In this document: positions 31,848 to 45,637 of the stretch, piece after piece
Numbering within the stretch: the stretch's first letter is position 1
How the letters are laid out: every line of letters starts with the position of its first letter
Position numbers and translations under genes: made by a program
Notes under the pieces: model-generated
Databases searched by the model: none
Told to the model about the DNA's origin: nothing
What the model saw: only the letters and a program-made list of their open reading frames with translations
From: Cyanophora paradoxa CCMP329
Lineage: Eukaryota; Plantae; Glaucophyta
Direction of reading: 5' to 3'
Assembly: GCA_004431415.1 (NCBI GenBank)
Contig: QPMI01000029.1
Coordinates: 248,001-312,000, forward strand
Length of the DNA stretch: 64,000 nucleotides

Positions 31848-34800
31848 TCACTTGGCGGAGATGAGGGCGATCAAATCTCCCGAGCCGAGCGAGTCGCCCG
31901 TGACGACCGGGAGCTTGGTGACCTTGCCCGCCACGGGTGACGTCACCACCGTCTCCATCTTCATGGCCGAGAGGACGGCGAGCGGGTCGCCGGCCTTGAC
32001 CTCCTGGTTCGCCTTGACGCGCACCTGATGAAAAGTTGAGAGTAGTACGAGTAGTCGGTCACTTGGTGATTTTTTGAGAGAGAAGGAGGGGTAGATAGAT
32101 GTCGGACCTCGATGACGACGCCGGCCATGGGGGCGCCGACGCTGCCCGGGTGCGTCTGGTCCGCCTTCTCGCGCGCCACGGTCGTGACCGCGGCGCTCTT
32201 GTCCGTGATGAGAATGCCGCGGGGAGAGCCGTTCAGCTCGAAGAAGACCTGGGAGAGCGGGATACCGTAAGGAACACGAAAAAAGGAAGAGGGGGTACAG
32301 GGTAACGGACCTCGCGCTGGCCCTGCTTGTCAAGGAGCCCGACGGTCGAGAGCTTGATGTAGAGCGTGACGCCACGGTCGATGCGGAAGTGGAACTCCTC
32401 CCCGACCCTGTACCGGGGGCAGGTTAAATAAATCCGCGCTGGACCCCCGGGGGGTACAGGATTCGAGGCGGACCGCATGGGGCGGAGGAAGTAGCGCGTG
32501 GGGAGGACCGAGAGGTCGCCGAACTGCGCCGTGAACTCCGCGAACTCGGTGAAGACCTGGGGGTACCGGGTTAGCGCTCTTTTTTTTTGGGGGGGGGGCA
32601 AAGGGGAGGACGCGCCTTGGGGTACAGGGAGGCGGAGCAGACGTCGACGTCGGAGATCTTGGGGCCCCACTTGGCGACCAGCTTGGCTGCCGGGGGCGTC
32701 GGAGGGCGGCGGTTGGAAAAAAGGGCGCCGCGGGGAGCCGAACCCTTGAGCGCCTCGAAGTCGAGCGAGGCCATGGAGGCGCCGGGCCGGCCGGTGATCT
32801 GCGAAGCGTGAGCCACGCCGCTCGAATCCCGGGGGGGGGGGGGGGGAGGGGGTACGCGGACCCTGGGCCGGTTCTTGAGGACGTGGGTGCGCAGGGGCTC
32901 CGGGAAGCCTCCGAAGGGCTGGCCGAGGTACCCCTGGAAGTACTCGATGACCGACTCCGGGAAAGAGAGCGCGCCCGTGGCGGCCTTGGCGGGGAGCGTC
33001 TCCTCCGTCAGGTTGTTGGAGACCATGAACTGGGCCAGGTCGCCCACGACCTACAATGTATATAAGAAGAAAGCAAGCAAACAAACAGCAAACAACCAGA
33101 AACAAAGAACGAGCCTTGGAGGTGGGCGTGACCTTGACGATGTCGCCGAGGAGCCGGTTGGCGGCGGCGTAGGCCCGCTTGACCTGCATCCACTGCGTCG
33201 CCAGGCCCAGCTGCGACGCCTGCGGGGCAAGTTAGCCTAACAGAGCAGGAGAAGCCTTTGAAGGGAAGGGGAGCGTTAGAGAGTCTAGCGAGAGCGTTTG
33301 AAGGGAAGGGGAGCGTTAACGGGGCGGGGGCGCGCGGGCCTGGAACTGAACGTTCTGATAAGATTCCTTTAAACAGTCTGATAAGATTCCTTTAAAGAGT
33401 CTAACGGGAGTCCTTTCATTTCTTGAGGGCGGGGGCGGGGGCGGAGTTGGCCTAACAGAGCAGAAGGGAAGCGTCTGATAAGTCTAACATAACAGAATAG
33501 TTAGGCAAAGTCTAGAGCGAGTCTGATAAGATAAGATTCCTTTAAAAAGGCCCAACGAGAAGAGATAGAAGGCGGGCCTGGAACTGGAGGTTGGTGTACT
33601 GGAGGTTGGTTCTTCAGAGCGCGCCTAACTTAGCCTAACTAACAAAGCCTTAATGATAAGCGAGTCTGATAAGATTCCTTTAAAGCCTTAAGAGCGGAAG
33701 GGAATACAAGAGAAGGGCGGGCGTGCCTGGAACTGGAGGTTGGTGTACTGGCCGCCGGGCATCTCGTGGACGTAGACGTCCGCGGAGCCGGACTTCTGGC
33801 CCGACTCGAAGGGCGCGTACAGCTCCCGCACCTGCACGGAGGGAGGGACGCCAGTCAGAGAGATCCGAAGCAAACTCGCTCTGGAGGGTCGGAGGGGCGG
33901 GGCGGGGCGTGGTGGGCGGCCTTCCTAGATAATTCCCTAGTAGACTTGGCACGGCGCGCGGGCGGGCGGGCAGGCAGGCAGGCAGGCAGGCAGCCGGCGG
34001 GGCGGGGCGGGGCTTCTGCAGGAGGCGGGCGGGCGGGACGGGCGGGGCGGGGCGGGCCGGGCGGCCCGGACCTTCTCCCAGTAGTCGTTCTTAGACCTCA
34101 TAGACCTAGCTCATAGAACTCTTCTTAAAAAATTAAACCTAGCTTAGAGAACTCTAGTTAGGCTCTAGTTAGGCGGGCCGGGGGCTTCGGACCTTCTCCC
34201 AGTAGTCATTGATCTCGGCGAACTGGTCGATGGAGATGCCCGTGTCGTGCTTCGTGTCCTGCCGCGCGGCCCTCGCCGTCAGGCTCTCGTTGTAAGGTTC
34301 TTAAGGTTCTTCTACTGGTTCTTCTTAAGGTTCTTCTATTCTTATGTGGGGCGGACCTTGAGGGCGGCGATGATGGCGCCCAGGGACGGCTGCGACGTGA
34401 GGCCCGACATCGCTGAGAAGGGGGAGGCGGGGGCTCCGTCAGGCCACGCTGAGCCGAGGCGGGCGTGTGAGGCCGAGGCGGGCGGGCGGGGCACCGTCGA
34501 TGGCGCCGTCGACGATGTCGGCGCCGGCCTCGACGCACGCGATCATCGACGCCACGCCTGCCGAAGATCGTTAGAGGGCGGCCTTGGCCGCTCGGCTTGG
34601 AGGCGGGTCTAAGGTTAGATAGAGGGGCGCTCGGCTTGGAGGCGGGTCCAAGGTTAGATAGTCCAAGGTTGACGGCGAGGCGGGGCGGGTCCAAGGTCAG
34701 GGGGCGCGGAGGAGGGCGCGGGCACCCTCGCGCGAGCGCGAGCGGGCGGGCGCACCGGTGCCGGCCGTGTCGTGCGTGTGGACGTGGATCGGCAGGTCCG

Positions 34801-37800
34801 GGAACTGCGGGGCGGGGCAGGGCGGGGCCGCCCGGTCAGCACGCCAGCCCCCCCCAAGCTTCCCTCGGCGCGGCGAGCGTCTAATAAGAGTGTCTAACAA
34901 GCAAGCGTCTAAGAAGAGTCTTCTAAAGAGTTCTATAAGAGCGTGATATATATTTATATAAGCGGACCTCCTTGCGGATGGCGCCGACGAGCATGGTGGC
35001 GGCCTTGGGCTTCAGGAGCCCCGCCATGTCCTTGATCGCCAGGATGTGCGTCCCGTACTGAGTTGGGACAGGGAGAGCGGGCGGGCGAGGTGAGAAAGGG
35101 AAAGGAGGCGGGCGAGAAACGGGCGGCGCGCGGCGCCTCAGGGCCCCCACCCCACCCCACCCCACCCAACCCCTTTCTCCTCCTCCAGGGAAGGGCGGGG
35201 GGGGGGGAGAAGTAGGCGGGGAGGGGTACGGTACCTTGACGAGCTCGCGGACGAGGCCCATGTAGTACTCCAGCGTGTACTTGGGCTGTCCCCCCGGTCC
35301 GTCAGCAGCCGGCAACCGCCCCGCCCGGTGCCCGCCCGCCGGCTCGTTTCTAGCTCCTCCCAAGTCTAAGCCTCCGAGCCAGCCAGCCAGCCAAGCCCCG
35401 CCGAACCTTGGTGGGGTCGGGTCCTAATTAGAGTCTTCTAACAAGAGTCCTACAAGAGTCTAATAATAATAATAATAATCATAAGCTTAAGCCACCGGGG
35501 CACGCACCTTGGTGGGGTCGGAGACGTCGCCGGTGTAGCAGATGGCGGCCTCGACGACGCCCCCCGCGGCGCGCACGGCCTCGATCCCGAGCTTCAGGTT
35601 CTCCATGTAGTTCAGCGAGTCGAACACGCTGCGGGGGGAGGGGCGGCTCGAGTGAGTGAGGCGTCTTGTTGCGCAAAACTTGCGCCTCTCATGCTCTGAT
35701 CACTCTAATGTCCAACACGCCGCAGAGAGGGCGGGCGGGCGTGCGGGAGGGAGGGTCGGCGGGCCGGCGCCGCGCACGGGCGAAACGATGTCCTCTATTA
35801 GCTTACTAACTAGCTCTGGTTTCTCTAACGCAGCGCAGCGCAGCGCCCCTCGTGATCGCTCGGCGCACGCACCGGAAGATGTCGATGCCGTGCTCGCGGG
35901 CCTCCTTGCAGAAGTTGAAGACCACCTGCCGGCCGGGCCGAAGAAGCCGGCGTCAGGATTCGAGAGCGGAGGGGCGGGGGCGGAGGGTCGCGGGGGCGGG
36001 CGGGCGCACGTTGTCCGGGTAGGAGGTGTAGCCGACGGCGTTGGCGCCCCGCAGCAGCATCTGCGTGCGCGCGCGCGTCCGCGGTGAGCGGAGCCATCTA
36101 TGGAAGAGCGGCGGGCGGCGGGCGGCGGGCGGGGCAGGGCGGCGCAGCCGTGAGCTCTAAGCGGGGCGGGGGCGGGGGCGGGCCTGGAAGGGGATGCCGG
36201 GAATCAGGGCCCCGGGCTGAGAAGCTAAAGAAGCTAGGCGGCGGGAACGGGGGTGGGGGCGGGCCTGGAAGGGGATGTTGGGGATGAGGGCGCGGAGCTT
36301 GTCGAGGCGGCTCCAGGGGCACTCGTGGAGGAAGCGGAGGGCGACGTCGAAGGTGGCGCCGCCCCACATCTCCAGCGAGAAGAGGTTCGAGAGCATGTGC
36401 GCCGTCGCCGGCGCGATGTTCACCTGGGATGAAGGGTTAGGAGGGGTTGAGGAGGATGAGGAAGTCATCGTTTAAGATTCCTAATTGTAAAATCTATTTA
36501 TGCTCTATGGCTCTATAGTGGGAGGAGGGGGTGGGGTGGGCACCATGTCGATGGTGCGCATGCGGGTGGCGAGGAGCGACTGGTGCGCGTCGCGCATCGT
36601 CGTGTCCGTGACGAGCGCGCGCGTGTGGGCGCGGATGGCCCGCGCGAAGCCCTCGGGGCCCTTCTCCAAGAGAACCTAAAGAAGACAGAAGTGAGCAGAG
36701 AAAGTATACAGATAGATAGATTGATTGATGTGGACCTGGCGCCAGCCGGGCGGCGGGGGGGCCTCCGGGGTCTCGGGGATCGCCGGGTCGATCTCCGAGG
36801 GCGGCGGGCCCGTCGCGCCGACCGCTGACACTCCGTTCACGATCTGCGGAGGGAGGAGATCGGGATGGGGGTGGGGGAGTGGGGGGTACAGGCGCGGACC
36901 AGGTCGCCGAGGTAGTAGAGGAGCTTCTGGGCGCGGTTGTGCGTGGGCACGAAGTGGAAGAGCTCGGGCGTCTCGTCGATGAAGGAGGTGTGCACGACGC
37001 CCTCCAGGAACTTCGGGTGGCTCTGCGGGAGGGCGAAGCCATGGCGCGTGAGGCGGGCGCGTGGGCCGAGGGCGAAGGCGGCGGTTCGAAACCGGGGAGG
37101 AGCAAGCGCACGAGGAGCTTCTGGAGGAAGGGGATGTTCGTCTTGACGCCGCGCACGCGGAACTCCGTGATCGCGCGCATCACCTGCCGTCGTTGGTTGT
37201 TAGATTAGATTAGATTAGACCCTTGGATTGGATTGGATTAGATCCTTAGATTAGCGGTCGTCCGTCGTAAAACGGTGTCATTATAAATTGCTGGATTCGA
37301 TCCTTAGATCAGCGGTCGTCCGTCGTTAGATTCGATCCTTGGATTGGATTACGTGGGGCTCATCGCGCGGGCGGACGGACCTTCCGCACGCACTGGTCGA
37401 ACGTGAGCGCTCGGCCCGTGACCTGAACGCGGGAGCGTGGGAGTAAGAGCGAGCGAGGGAAGGGGCCGCGGGCGGCCCGCGCTGCGCCGCGCTGCGCGCC
37501 TTGACGAGGAGCGAGTCGTAGTGGGGCGAGATGACGGAGCCGGCGTACGCCGTGGACTGCGCGCGCGCGCGCGCGGAGGTGAGAGGAAGAAGAGAGGGGG
37601 CGGGGCGAGGCAGAGGGTGGGGCAGATAGGTCTAAGGAAGGTCTAAGGCGGACCTGGTCGAGGCGGTCGAGGCTCTTATATCCTATGAGACTCTTATATA
37701 TACCGGACGACCTCCTATGTCAATCCTTTGTAATATAAGGCGAGGCGGGCGAGCGGAGAGAGAAGGGGGGGGGGGCGAGGCGGAGGGCGGGGCGGATAGA

Positions 37801-40535
37801 TTCCTATCGGATAGAAGCGGAATCTTATTAGACTCCCAGTAAGGCTCTTATTGGTCGAGGTCGAGGACCTGGCCTGGTCGAGGTAGAGACTCCTAGTAAG
37901 GCTCTAGTGAAGGCGGGGCGGACCTGGTCGAGGCGGATGCCCATGCCGACGGCGGAGCGGTAGGCCTCGAGGCGGCCGACGTCCGGCTGGAAGGCCTTCA
38001 GCGGGTCCTCCGTCGTCACGCGCACCTGCGCGGCGGAGCTTAGCTCGGCGCGACAGGCTTAGAGTGAGCCCGCCGCGGCAGGGCGGGGCGGGGCGGGGCG
38101 GGGTGAGCTCAGGCGGCGGGGCTTAGCTCGGCGCGACAGGCTTAGAGCGAGCCCGGCTCGGCCCCGTTTAGAGTAAGCCCGCCGCGGCGGGGCGGGGCGG
38201 GGCGGGGTGAGCTCAGGAGGCGGGGCTCAGGTGGCTCAGCCCGGCTTAGAGTGAGAAGCTTCGATGACGGCGCGGAACTTGGCTCGGCTCGGCACGAGAA
38301 GCTTAGATTTAGATGTAGAGGAGCTCAGCTAAGCTTGGATGGCGGAGCTTAGATGGCGGAGCTTGGCTCCGAAGCTAGGAGCTCGGCCCGGCTCGGCACG
38401 AGGAGCTTAGATTGAGCCCGGCTCCGAAGCTAGGAGCTCGGCCCGGCTCGGCACGAGGAGCTTAGATTGAGCCCGGCCCGGCCCGGCTCGAGAGGCGCGT
38501 CCGGGTCACCTGGATGGCGTGCATGTAGAGGCGAACGGAGTCCTGGGTGAGGCCCAGCTGCTTGAGGCTGCAGCCGCCCGCCACCAGCAGCTGCGTCTGC
38601 GCTCGCGCGCTCCCGTGTCAGGCTAGCTTCAATCGGGCTACAACCAGGTAGATTCTTCTTACGGACCTGGACGATGTCGACGCCGGTGGCCTCCTCGGTG
38701 ACCGTGTGCTCGACCTGGACGCGCGGGTTCACCTCGATGAAGTAGTGCCGGTTCTGCGCGCGGAATAAGAGCCCCCGAAGTCAGTGTCGGACTCGGAGTA
38801 GGGGCGGGGCGGCGGGATGGGCGGGCGGGATGCGCGGGCAGGCGGGCGACAACGCCGCGCCTGCTTCTATGCCGACTAGGAGGCCTCTTATATGGCTTCT
38901 AAAGGCCTCGAGCTTCTAGCCTCGAGTTCTATCTAGGCTTCTTCTTCGGGGCGGGACAGCATTGCTCGCCTCTTAAGGCTCAAGGCTTCTAGGCTTCAAG
39001 GCTCTTCTAAAGGCTTCTAACCAGGCAGGGCGGGGCTCGCCTGCATATCGACGAGGAACTCGACGGTGCCGGCGCAGGTGTACTTGACGTGCCGCGCCAG
39101 CTTCACCGCGTCGCTGTAGAGCGCCTGCCGCGTCGCCTCCGGCAGCTGGTTCGCCGGGCAGATCTCCACCACCTGGGGTACGTGCGTGCGTACGTCAGCG
39201 CGGGCCCGCCCGCTCTCGCCCGCTCGCTCGCTCGCTCGCTCGCCTTCTGGTGACGGCGCTGCACGGAGCAGTCGCGCTCGAACAGGTGAATGATCTGCGG
39301 ATCAAATCCGGATCAAATCGCGATGGAGGGGGTACAGGCGCGGCGGGAGGGGAAAGGGCGCCCTGACCTCGCCGGTGTCGTCCCCCAGGATCTGGACCTC
39401 GATGTGGCGCGGCTTCTCGATGTAACGCTCGATGAACACCGTCCCTGTAACGCGCGCGGCTCGTCGGACGGGCGGGCGGGCGGCTCAGCGCCCCGCGCTC
39501 GCTTCGCTCGCACCGTCGCCGAAGGCGGTGAGGGCCTCGGACGTTGCGCGCTTGAAGCTCTCCTCGAGCTCCTCCATCGCGCGCACGACGCGCATGCCGC
39601 GGCCGCCGCCGCTGCGACGCCGGCCGTCCCGTGAGCGGCGCGCGGCGGGCGGGACGGCGGGGCGGCGGGACGGCGGGCGGGCCGGCGCACCCCATGGCCG
39701 CCTTGATGATGACCGGGAACCCGTAGTAGTCGCAGAACTTGCGCGCCTCCTCGTACGTTCCGACGGGGCCGTCCGTTCCGGGCACGACGGGCACTGCGGG
39801 CGGGCGGCTCGCGCGGGCGGGCGGCGCGGCGCGGCGCGGCGCATGCGCACCGCCACACTCGATGGCCATCTTACGCGCCAGCGTCTTGTCGCCCATGAGC
39901 TCAATCACGCGGGGCGGCGGCCCGACCCACACGATGCCGGCCGCGACGACGGCCTTTGCGAACGCAGCGTTCTCGGAGAGGAATCCGTAGCCTACGCGCG
40001 AAAGCGGCGCCGTCAGCTTCCGCGCGGGAGTCGGTTGCGGGTGCCGGTTGGGCCGGCCGGTCCGCACCCGGGTGGATGGCGTCAACCCCGTTCTCCTTCG
40101 CGATGGAGACGATGTCTTCGATCGCCAGATACGCGCCGACTGCGCCGCGCTAGCGTGAGCGGTTGGGCGGGCGGCGCCCGAGAGGTCGCGTCCGCACCCG
40201 GGGTCTTGCCGCGGCCCACCAGATAGGCCTCGTCTGCCTTGTAGCGGTGATTGCCGAACCGATCCTCGAAGCTGTAGATGGCCACGGTGCGCATAGCAAG
40301 CTCGTGGGCCGCGCGGAAGATGCGGATTGCAATCTCTCCACGGTTCGCGGCCATGACCTGGCCCCTCGCTCAACCGAGGACCAGCGTACGCCGCGCGCGG
40401 GACCGCGCTCACCTTGCGGATCTTGCGTGGTGTGTCAATCACGTTGATGCCGTATCGCCCGTGGTGGTCGGTGGCCCGCGGCCGCTCATCCTGCATCTCC
40501 TCCTCCGTCAGGCCGGTCTGATCTCTGGGCTCCAT
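31848..40535 (-). CDS. PYC: Pyruvate carboxylase (~35 introns)
   Basis: [99 protein letters not shown], biotin site AMKME. Confidence 0.97.
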
Positions 40536-40895
40536 GTCGCTTGTAAACCTCTGCGCGTGCAGGCGAGCTTAGTCGCCGCGCGGGCCCAGCCGATTGCAGG
40601 TCGAAAAGTCGCGAGGCTGGTCGATCGGCGACAGCGATGTTCGGGGAAGCTGTATGCACCGTTGCGCTCGACACGAGACGAGGCGAACAGCGCCGACCAG
40701 AACTCGGCAAGGGGCAAAGCGACTGTATCCCCGACTTCTGTACCCCCTGAGCACGCTCGTCGCTCGTACCCCAGCTTCAGAGCTCGCCGCTCGGCGCCCG
40801 GCAGCTCGCAGGTCGCGGAGGATGCTCTAGTGACGCGGAGTACGCAGTGGACGAGGAAGATGCTCTAGCACAGCGTTGCCCCTCGGGCGCCCGAA

Positions 40896-43800
40896 TGGGT
40901 GATGCGGAGGCGGGCGGAGGGCAAGCGTTACCGGTCTCAACGGCGCACGGCAGCGCGGCGGAAGGAGGCTTCCAGCTGCCGCAGCCGCCCCTGCGTCGCC
41001 GCTCAGCGACCGGCTCCGACAACGCGGACGCCTCGCGGGCGCGGCTACACGCTGGCGCCGCACCTCTCAGCGCATATCCGCTGAATCTCGCAACCGCTTC
41101 CGACCAAGGAGACTCTGTCAGGGGCGGGAGGCCCGGGAGGGACAACGCGTACGGCCGTGGTGGCCGCGGTCCAGCGCTAGCCTCGAGGGATGCGAAGGAT
41201 GCGGGCACGCGGAGGGCCCAGTACACAGCCGCGCTCCTCATCTTCGCGTCGCCCGTGCTGCAAATCGTTCCCTGGACCTGCATCGATTTCGGCCAGTACG
41301 ACCGGCGCTGGCAGTACATCGCCTTCGTCACGGCGTGCGCCCCGTCCTGCCTCATGTTCTGCGCCTACGCCGCCCTCATGTTCCGGTGCGCGGACGCGTG
41401 CTATCTGCTTTCCCTCCTGCCGCCGCCGCTGCGCAAGCTCACATCCCTTCGGCTCGCAGCTTCTCCCCGCGGCGGGCCGTCTACTACGGTGTCCCCTACT
41501 TCGCGACGTGCAGCGCCGCGTATCACTTCGGCAACGCGGCACTTGTCGACGCCTTCCCCTGGCGAGCCGGCGCCAGCGCTGGCCCCGGCCTCTTAGAAGA
41601 AGCTGCAGCCTGCTGCAAACTATATATAGCAGCTAGCTAGGCCTAGGGTCCCATCGCCGCCCGCTTCTCGGAGCTGACCCGTACGCAGGTTCCTGGACGC
41701 GCCCCTCATCGCCATTGCGACGCCTTCCATCTGGTTCGTCGGTGAGCCCAGTACCCCCCTCCCCCCACCCGGACCAGTACTCCCCCTCGCTCCCCTTCCG
41801 CCCGAGCCAGTATTCCCCCCCCCCCGAGCCAGTACCCTCCCCCACCTCCCCGAGCCAGTACCCTGTCCCCTCCCTTCGACCCCCCCCCCCCCCCCCCCCG
41901 CGCCCCCCGCCTCCTGACGTTTTGGCCCGAACGCAGTCTCAGGTGTCTGGTCGGCCTGTGCGTCCGCTTGATTCAAGCAAGATTCCCGCCGCAAATTTTC
42001 TTAAGCTTTCCGACTTTTCCTCCCAGATTTCGCGTACCGGTCCTTCCGGCGGGCGACCCGCGACAAAAAAATCTTCGCGGCGGGCCCCGAAGCGTACGTC
42101 GGCGCAGGCACCAGCGCGGCCGCTGACGTCGACGGGAATGCGCCTGTCGCGACGGTCTTCGGGGGCGGCGCGGCGCCAGAGCCGGCGGCGCCAGTCACGG
42201 TCGCTGGCGCCGACGCTTTCGGGCCGGGGCGCTCTTTGAGCACTGAATTCGAAGGCGGCGCTGGCCCGAGCGTTAACCCGTCGGAGGCGCTGACGCGCTC
42301 GTGCGAGGCTCAGCAGACGGCGCCGGCCCTCCCCGTGCGTGAAAGCCGCCCCGCGCGGCAGGCAGGCAGGCAGGCAGGCTGCGCGGCTCGTCTGACTCTG
42401 CCCGGCCCGCCCGGCGTGCAGGAAGTCCCCCCGGGCCCGCCCGTCCTCGTCCTCCCCCTCGACCGCCCCGAGCGCGCATCTGCCGCGCCGTCGCCCGAGC
42501 CGTCCGCTGCGGCCAGAGGCGGGCGCATCCGCCTGGCACCGCTCTCTCTTCCCCCCTCCCAGCCGAGCGGGCCGGCGGCGGCGCCGGCGCCTCCGACGCC
42601 CCCCGGGGCTGAAGGCCAAGGCCAGGGCCTACGCCCCGGCCCAGGCCCAGGCCTAGGCCGCCCCTCCTCGTTCCGCGCGTGGCGCGGCGAGGCCGAGGGT
42701 CCGCTCGCTCACTCGCCTTCGCAAGCTCACCATCAGATCTCATCTGAGCCGCCTCGGCAGGGGGGGACGACTTGGAGGCGGCGCCGGCGGCCCGCGTGTC
42801 TCCGGCCCCAATCGTTGGCGCAGGCGCGGGGCAGGAGGCCCGCGGCCGCTTGCGATCAGGATCCGCGGATGCGGCTCAGGCGACGGCCGCGGGCGCGGGT
42901 GCCGGCGCGGACCGCCGGCGCCGCCGCCGCCCGGTGAGTTTCTTTCTCCCCATCGCCTCCTCTCGGCCCGGGGCCGTCGAACCGACGCCGGGCGCACCCA
43001 GTCGGCTCTGGTGCGGGACGGGCACGAGCTGGAGTCCATCTTCGCGAGCATGCGCGAGTCGCCTTCGAGCTCGAGCTCGAGATCGAGCTCCCGCCAGGGA
43101 AACACTCTGCGTCGCTTCGGCCTGCTCGACAAAGGGGGCGAGGTTCGCTTGCTCGCCTCGTTCGCCTCGCGCGCGTTGAATTCGCCTTGGCCCCTCTAGC
43201 TGTAGCCTTAGCTGTAAGACACGCGCGAGCGCTCTGTCTTCTGCCTGTCTGTCTGTCTGTCTCTCTGTCTGACGGACGGTGCCGGCAGCCTCCGGGGGCG
43301 CGGGAGGCGCTCCTGTTCCTTTCCAAGGTCCTCCTCTTCCTCCTGACCCTCTGCTCCTCCGCCTTCCTCCAGTGGGGGTGCGCGCGCGCTCTCTATTTAT
43401 AGCCGCGCGCGCACGCGCTCGGACCGTGGAATCTTCTTAGAGTATAAGCCAAGCACTCGTAGGTTCTTCCTCCGCTAGGCTTCCCTTCCCGCCCGCGCGC
43501 GCCCGAGATTTAGTCTTTGTAAGATACGCTTTCCTTCTCCTCGCAGGTACCTTGCCTTGTTCGCGGCCTACACCGGCAACGCCGTTGTCCAGGCGCGCCG
43601 CCGCCCCGCCCCGGCCCGCCCCGCCCCGGCCAGCTCAAAAATCGTTGTATTCCAGAAGATATCGCCCCTTAAAGCTCTTCCTTAAGCTCTAGATCTCAAA
43701 CCTCTTGCGTGAATCTATTTATTTAGACGCCGGCCCCTGCAGATCGCGATCAATTTGGCCTTCAACGCACTCTTCTTCGTTCTCTCTTTCCTCTTCGTCC

Positions 43801-45597
43801 GCGCCTTCCGCAACTTCCTGGCGCCCGTCCTCCCCGGTCCGCCCCGCACCGCCCCAGTCCTCCACTTGGAGCACTTGATATGAATTCGCACACACCGAGA
43901 GAAATGGCTAGGGATAGAACTGCAGTGTAAGAGCAATAAGAGCAATAAGAGCAATTGCAATATTTGTAGAGCAATAAGAGCAATTGCGATATTTGGCGCC
44001 CGTCCTGCCCGGTCCGCCCCGCCCCGGTCCTCCGGCCCCTGCCCTTTTCCCCGCCTTTGGTCTAGATCTGCGCCCAAACACCCGCCCCCCTCCCCTCCCC
44101 CCCCCCCCTCCCCTCCCCCCCCCCCCCCCCCCCCCCCCCCCCCGCCCGCCCGCCCGCCCCCGCCCGCCCGCCCCACGCCCTCGGCGAAGGTTCCCCTCCC
44201 TCCCCCCCCCCCCCCCCCCCCCCTAGATGTCCGGTCCTGCCCGGTCCCTATTCTAGGTATCCGCCTTCTAACGAAAATAGCCTTCTCCGCCCTCTAACGA
44301 AATCGCCTCTTACTTAAAAAGAAAAAGCATTACCTAGCTACGCCCTCGGTCGATCAGCGCGCGGCTGAAACGATGCGACGCCCCTCTTGTTCGCTCTGCA
44401 GGCGGCCAGGCCGTTCTCATCTTCTCCTCGTGGTGAGCTCGAGCGCTTTGCGCGCGCCGCGCGCGCCCCGCGTCTCGCAATCGCGCCTCGTCGCCCACTG
44501 ACACTGGCCATGGCGCAGGCTCCTGGTGCGTCTGCGCCCCCGAGCCCGCCCGCCTTCCCGCGCCGTTGTTTTCGAGCCTGCGGTCCGCCCGCGGCCCGCC
44601 TTGCGATCGGCCGGCGCCGTTGCAGTACCTGCACAAGTGGTGCGCATGCGCGGCCCCGGCCCGCCGCCTGAGCGCTAGCGCGCCCCGGCCCCCGCCGCCC
44701 TCTTACCGCTGCCGCCACGTTCCCGCCAGCTACCGCCTGGCGATGACCTTCCGCGCAAACGGCTACTCGGTCCTCGGTGCATGCGCTCTTCGATTTCGGA
44801 ATCTCGGCCGCCCCCTTCGATATATCCCGCCGGATCCCCGGCCTCACGGCCACGCCCCCGCGCCGCCCGGCGCCCGACCGACCGCCCGCGCAGCCGCCTC
44901 TCTCGTGACCGAAGTGGTGGTGCTCCTCGCGCCTCTCTGGGTCGGCTACAGCACCCGCGCGTACGGGCAGCGCATCATAAACGTGCGTGCCGATGCCGTC
45001 CGAGCCAATCTAAGAAGAACATGAATCTAATACGTTTATGGATTTAATGTCACAAGCGCTCATTGCTGTGCTGCGATGGCGCCGGCCGCGGCCAGCCTGC
45101 GCCTCACGGGATCGATACCGCAGGAGGTCATACTGCTCCTCCGCGGCACCCGATCGCGAGCCTTCCGAAGTGTGCCAGACCGATCCGCGTACGCGTGCCG
45201 CCCGGCCCTGCCCTGCAGCTGAACTGCCCCGGCCCGGCCCGGCCCGGTCTGGCGCAGGGCGCGGCCCGCAGGGCGCGCGGCTGCTGCGGGAGGACAGCCT
45301 GCGCTCCTTCGGCAGCGCCAGCGTCCGCAGCGCCAGCAGCGGCGACGACGTCGGCGATCCGGAGGGCACGGGGCGGACACCCGCATCCGGCCGCGGCCGC
45401 CAGGTGCGCCCTCCTCTTAAGATTTCCGCAGGACCAGTTCGGTCAGGCCATCTTTGAATACTGGTCCGCAGAAGCGGGGGGCGGCGTCTTGGATCCAGAG
45501 CTTCGTCCGGGCCATCGGGTGGAGGGCGAGGACTGGGCCCCGCGTGGCGGTGCGAGCACGCCGCGCTCGAACGAGGCGGCTCGTGTGCCAATGACCA

Positions 45598-45637
<40 letters not shown>

